In this document: piece after piece, positions 62,242 through 64,000 of the stretch | How positions within the stretch are numbered: position 1 is the first letter of the stretch | How the letters are laid out: each line of letters begins with the position of its first letter | NCBI RefSeq assembly: GCF_006345805.1 | Contig: NC_043006.1 | Location: 15,376,001-15,440,000 of the forward strand | DNA from: Octopus sinensis | Taxonomy: Eukaryota | Length of the DNA stretch: 64,000 nt | Direction: 5' to 3' | Notes under the pieces: generated by a model | Databases searched by the model: none | The model's input: only the letters and a program-made list of their open reading frames with translations | Told to the model about the DNA's origin: nothing | Program-made: the position numbers and the translations under genes

Positions 62242-62835
62242 CTATCCATCGGAACGGCACACTCCTACTGTTTCGATGCACTTCAACATAAAAAATTTCA
62301 AGTTAAATAAAATATAGATAAAACCTACTTATACGTCACAATCCTGACAAAGTCTGCACGGCTGCTTCACTCTTTAGTATACTGTATAATTTAAAATATA
62401 ATTCAAATTTAAACTTCTATTACTTTACAAATACACGTAGTTGTAGTAAAGTTGTCCTAAATATCGTTTAGATATTTATAGCAACAATAGATGGCCCATA
62501 CCTGAATATGACATTCTTATAAAGATAGACAATAGGTCTACAACAGATAAAGACGTAAAAAATATCTTTTGAATGAGATATAATATCGAAAAAGGCGACG
62601 CGTTCGTGCTAGTGTGTATACATGTATGTTTGTATGTATGTAAAAAAGAATGTATGTATGTATGTGTGTGAATGTATGTGTGTGTATGTATGTGTGTGTG
62701 AATGAATGTGTGTATGTATGTATGTATGTTGTGTGTATCTGTGTATGTATGTATGCGTGTATGTATGTATAGTGTGTGTGTCTATGTATGTATGTATGTA
62801 TGTATGTATGTATGTATGTATGTATGTGTGTGTGT

Positions 62836-62960
62836 GGAGGCGCGTGACGTAGTGTATTGCTCTCATGAACGTAAGTCTATGGTTTCGATTCCTGAAGCGG
62901 GTAATGCGTTGTTTTCTTGAACAAAACACTTAATTTTACCTTAGTCCAGTCCACTCACCT
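62836..62960 (+). mobile_element. Old SINE head with CORE-like segment
   Basis: Homologous to 11993-12125. Confidence 0.65.
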
Positions 62961-63120
62961 GGCCAAAATAAATAATCTTGAGACATCCAGTGTGCTTATG
63001 CGTGTGTGTGCGTGTGTGGGGATATATACGTCAGAGAATCCAAGAAACAGGCCACATGAGCCTATGACTGGGGAAGGCCTTTGATCCTTTATATATATAT
63101 ATATATACATACATACATAC

Positions 63121-63221
<101 letters not shown>

Positions 63222-64000
63222 TATATATACATAAAGGCGCATACGTTCGTACACATCTGCTGGAAAATCATTTCCCGCCAGGAATTTACTTGTAATCTCC
63301 CTATCCTTTTCGCATGGTTCGAAAATATTAACATTATTGATATGTTAAGGTCCAAATTAATCCTGAATATCATGTTATTCCTCTACTGGAAGTCCATGGA
63401 AATGCAAGAGTGGTGACGTGCACTGACCTCACCAGTTTGAAGCCCCCAGTTAGGAAGCTGCAAGACGGAATACTCATCTGAGGGATCATGGATGGAAAGT
63501 AATGCTATTGATAACAAGATAACATAAGGAGCCGGCAGTCTTCTGTGAAGATGGAACAATTACATTATATATATATGGACTTTCTTACCACACAGCCACA
63601 CCTGCGCCTTCGTTTCTGAACAATTAATGATAATAATAATAAATATAATAATGACAAAGCAACAACAACAATCATAATAATAATAAGAAGAATGATATTA
63701 ATAATAATAGCAACAACAGTAACACCAACAACGTCCACGACGACAACGATGGTGATGATGATGACGACGACGACGACGACGATGGCACAAGGCCAGCGAT
63801 TTTAAGGGGATGGATTTGGTCGATTATATATACCATGTTAAATACAATCTAATAGCTATATCTGTCTTATTGAAAAGAGAAATCCTGAATAAAAATATAC
63901 TACGAAAAAGGAAGAAGAAAATAGATAAAGAAAGAAATATTCTACAAAAGTGAATAGTGAATAAATCGAATAAAATAAACAATAAAAACGACAATCGTTT

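Overview
AT-rich, repeat-dense animal genomic DNA from a scaffold with a 100-N gap at 48319-48418. The SINE families point to an octopus or other coleoid cephalopod; this is inferred from pattern recognition, not from a search. No host protein-coding gene can be identified with confidence, and only a few weak exon candidates are present. Most of the window is microsatellites, tRNA-derived SINEs of three types (several with clear target-site duplications), decayed LINEs (CR1/Jockey-like, RTE, R4/Dong-like), Penelope-like elements (PLEs), mariner remnants, hAT MITEs, non-autonomous Helitrons and a GG-ended foldback element. The standout is a 5.1-kb head-to-tail array at 40481-45604: about 12.8 near-identical copies of a 400-bp unit, bounded on both sides by (TA)n. 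On the minus strand every unit carries a type I hammerhead-ribozyme motif: stem I UCUCA/UGAGA, CUGAUGA core, an extended stem II, GAAAC, a palindromic stem III and a GUC cleavage triplet, plus a possible stem I-stem II pseudoknot. This matches the architecture of a non-LTR retrozyme (self-cleaving circular-RNA retroelement). Cleavage activity is untested and one core-adjacent pair is non-canonical. A 2.1-kb palindrome of PLE GIY-YIG ends (23677-25760) and other PLE remnants suggest a possible helper family.
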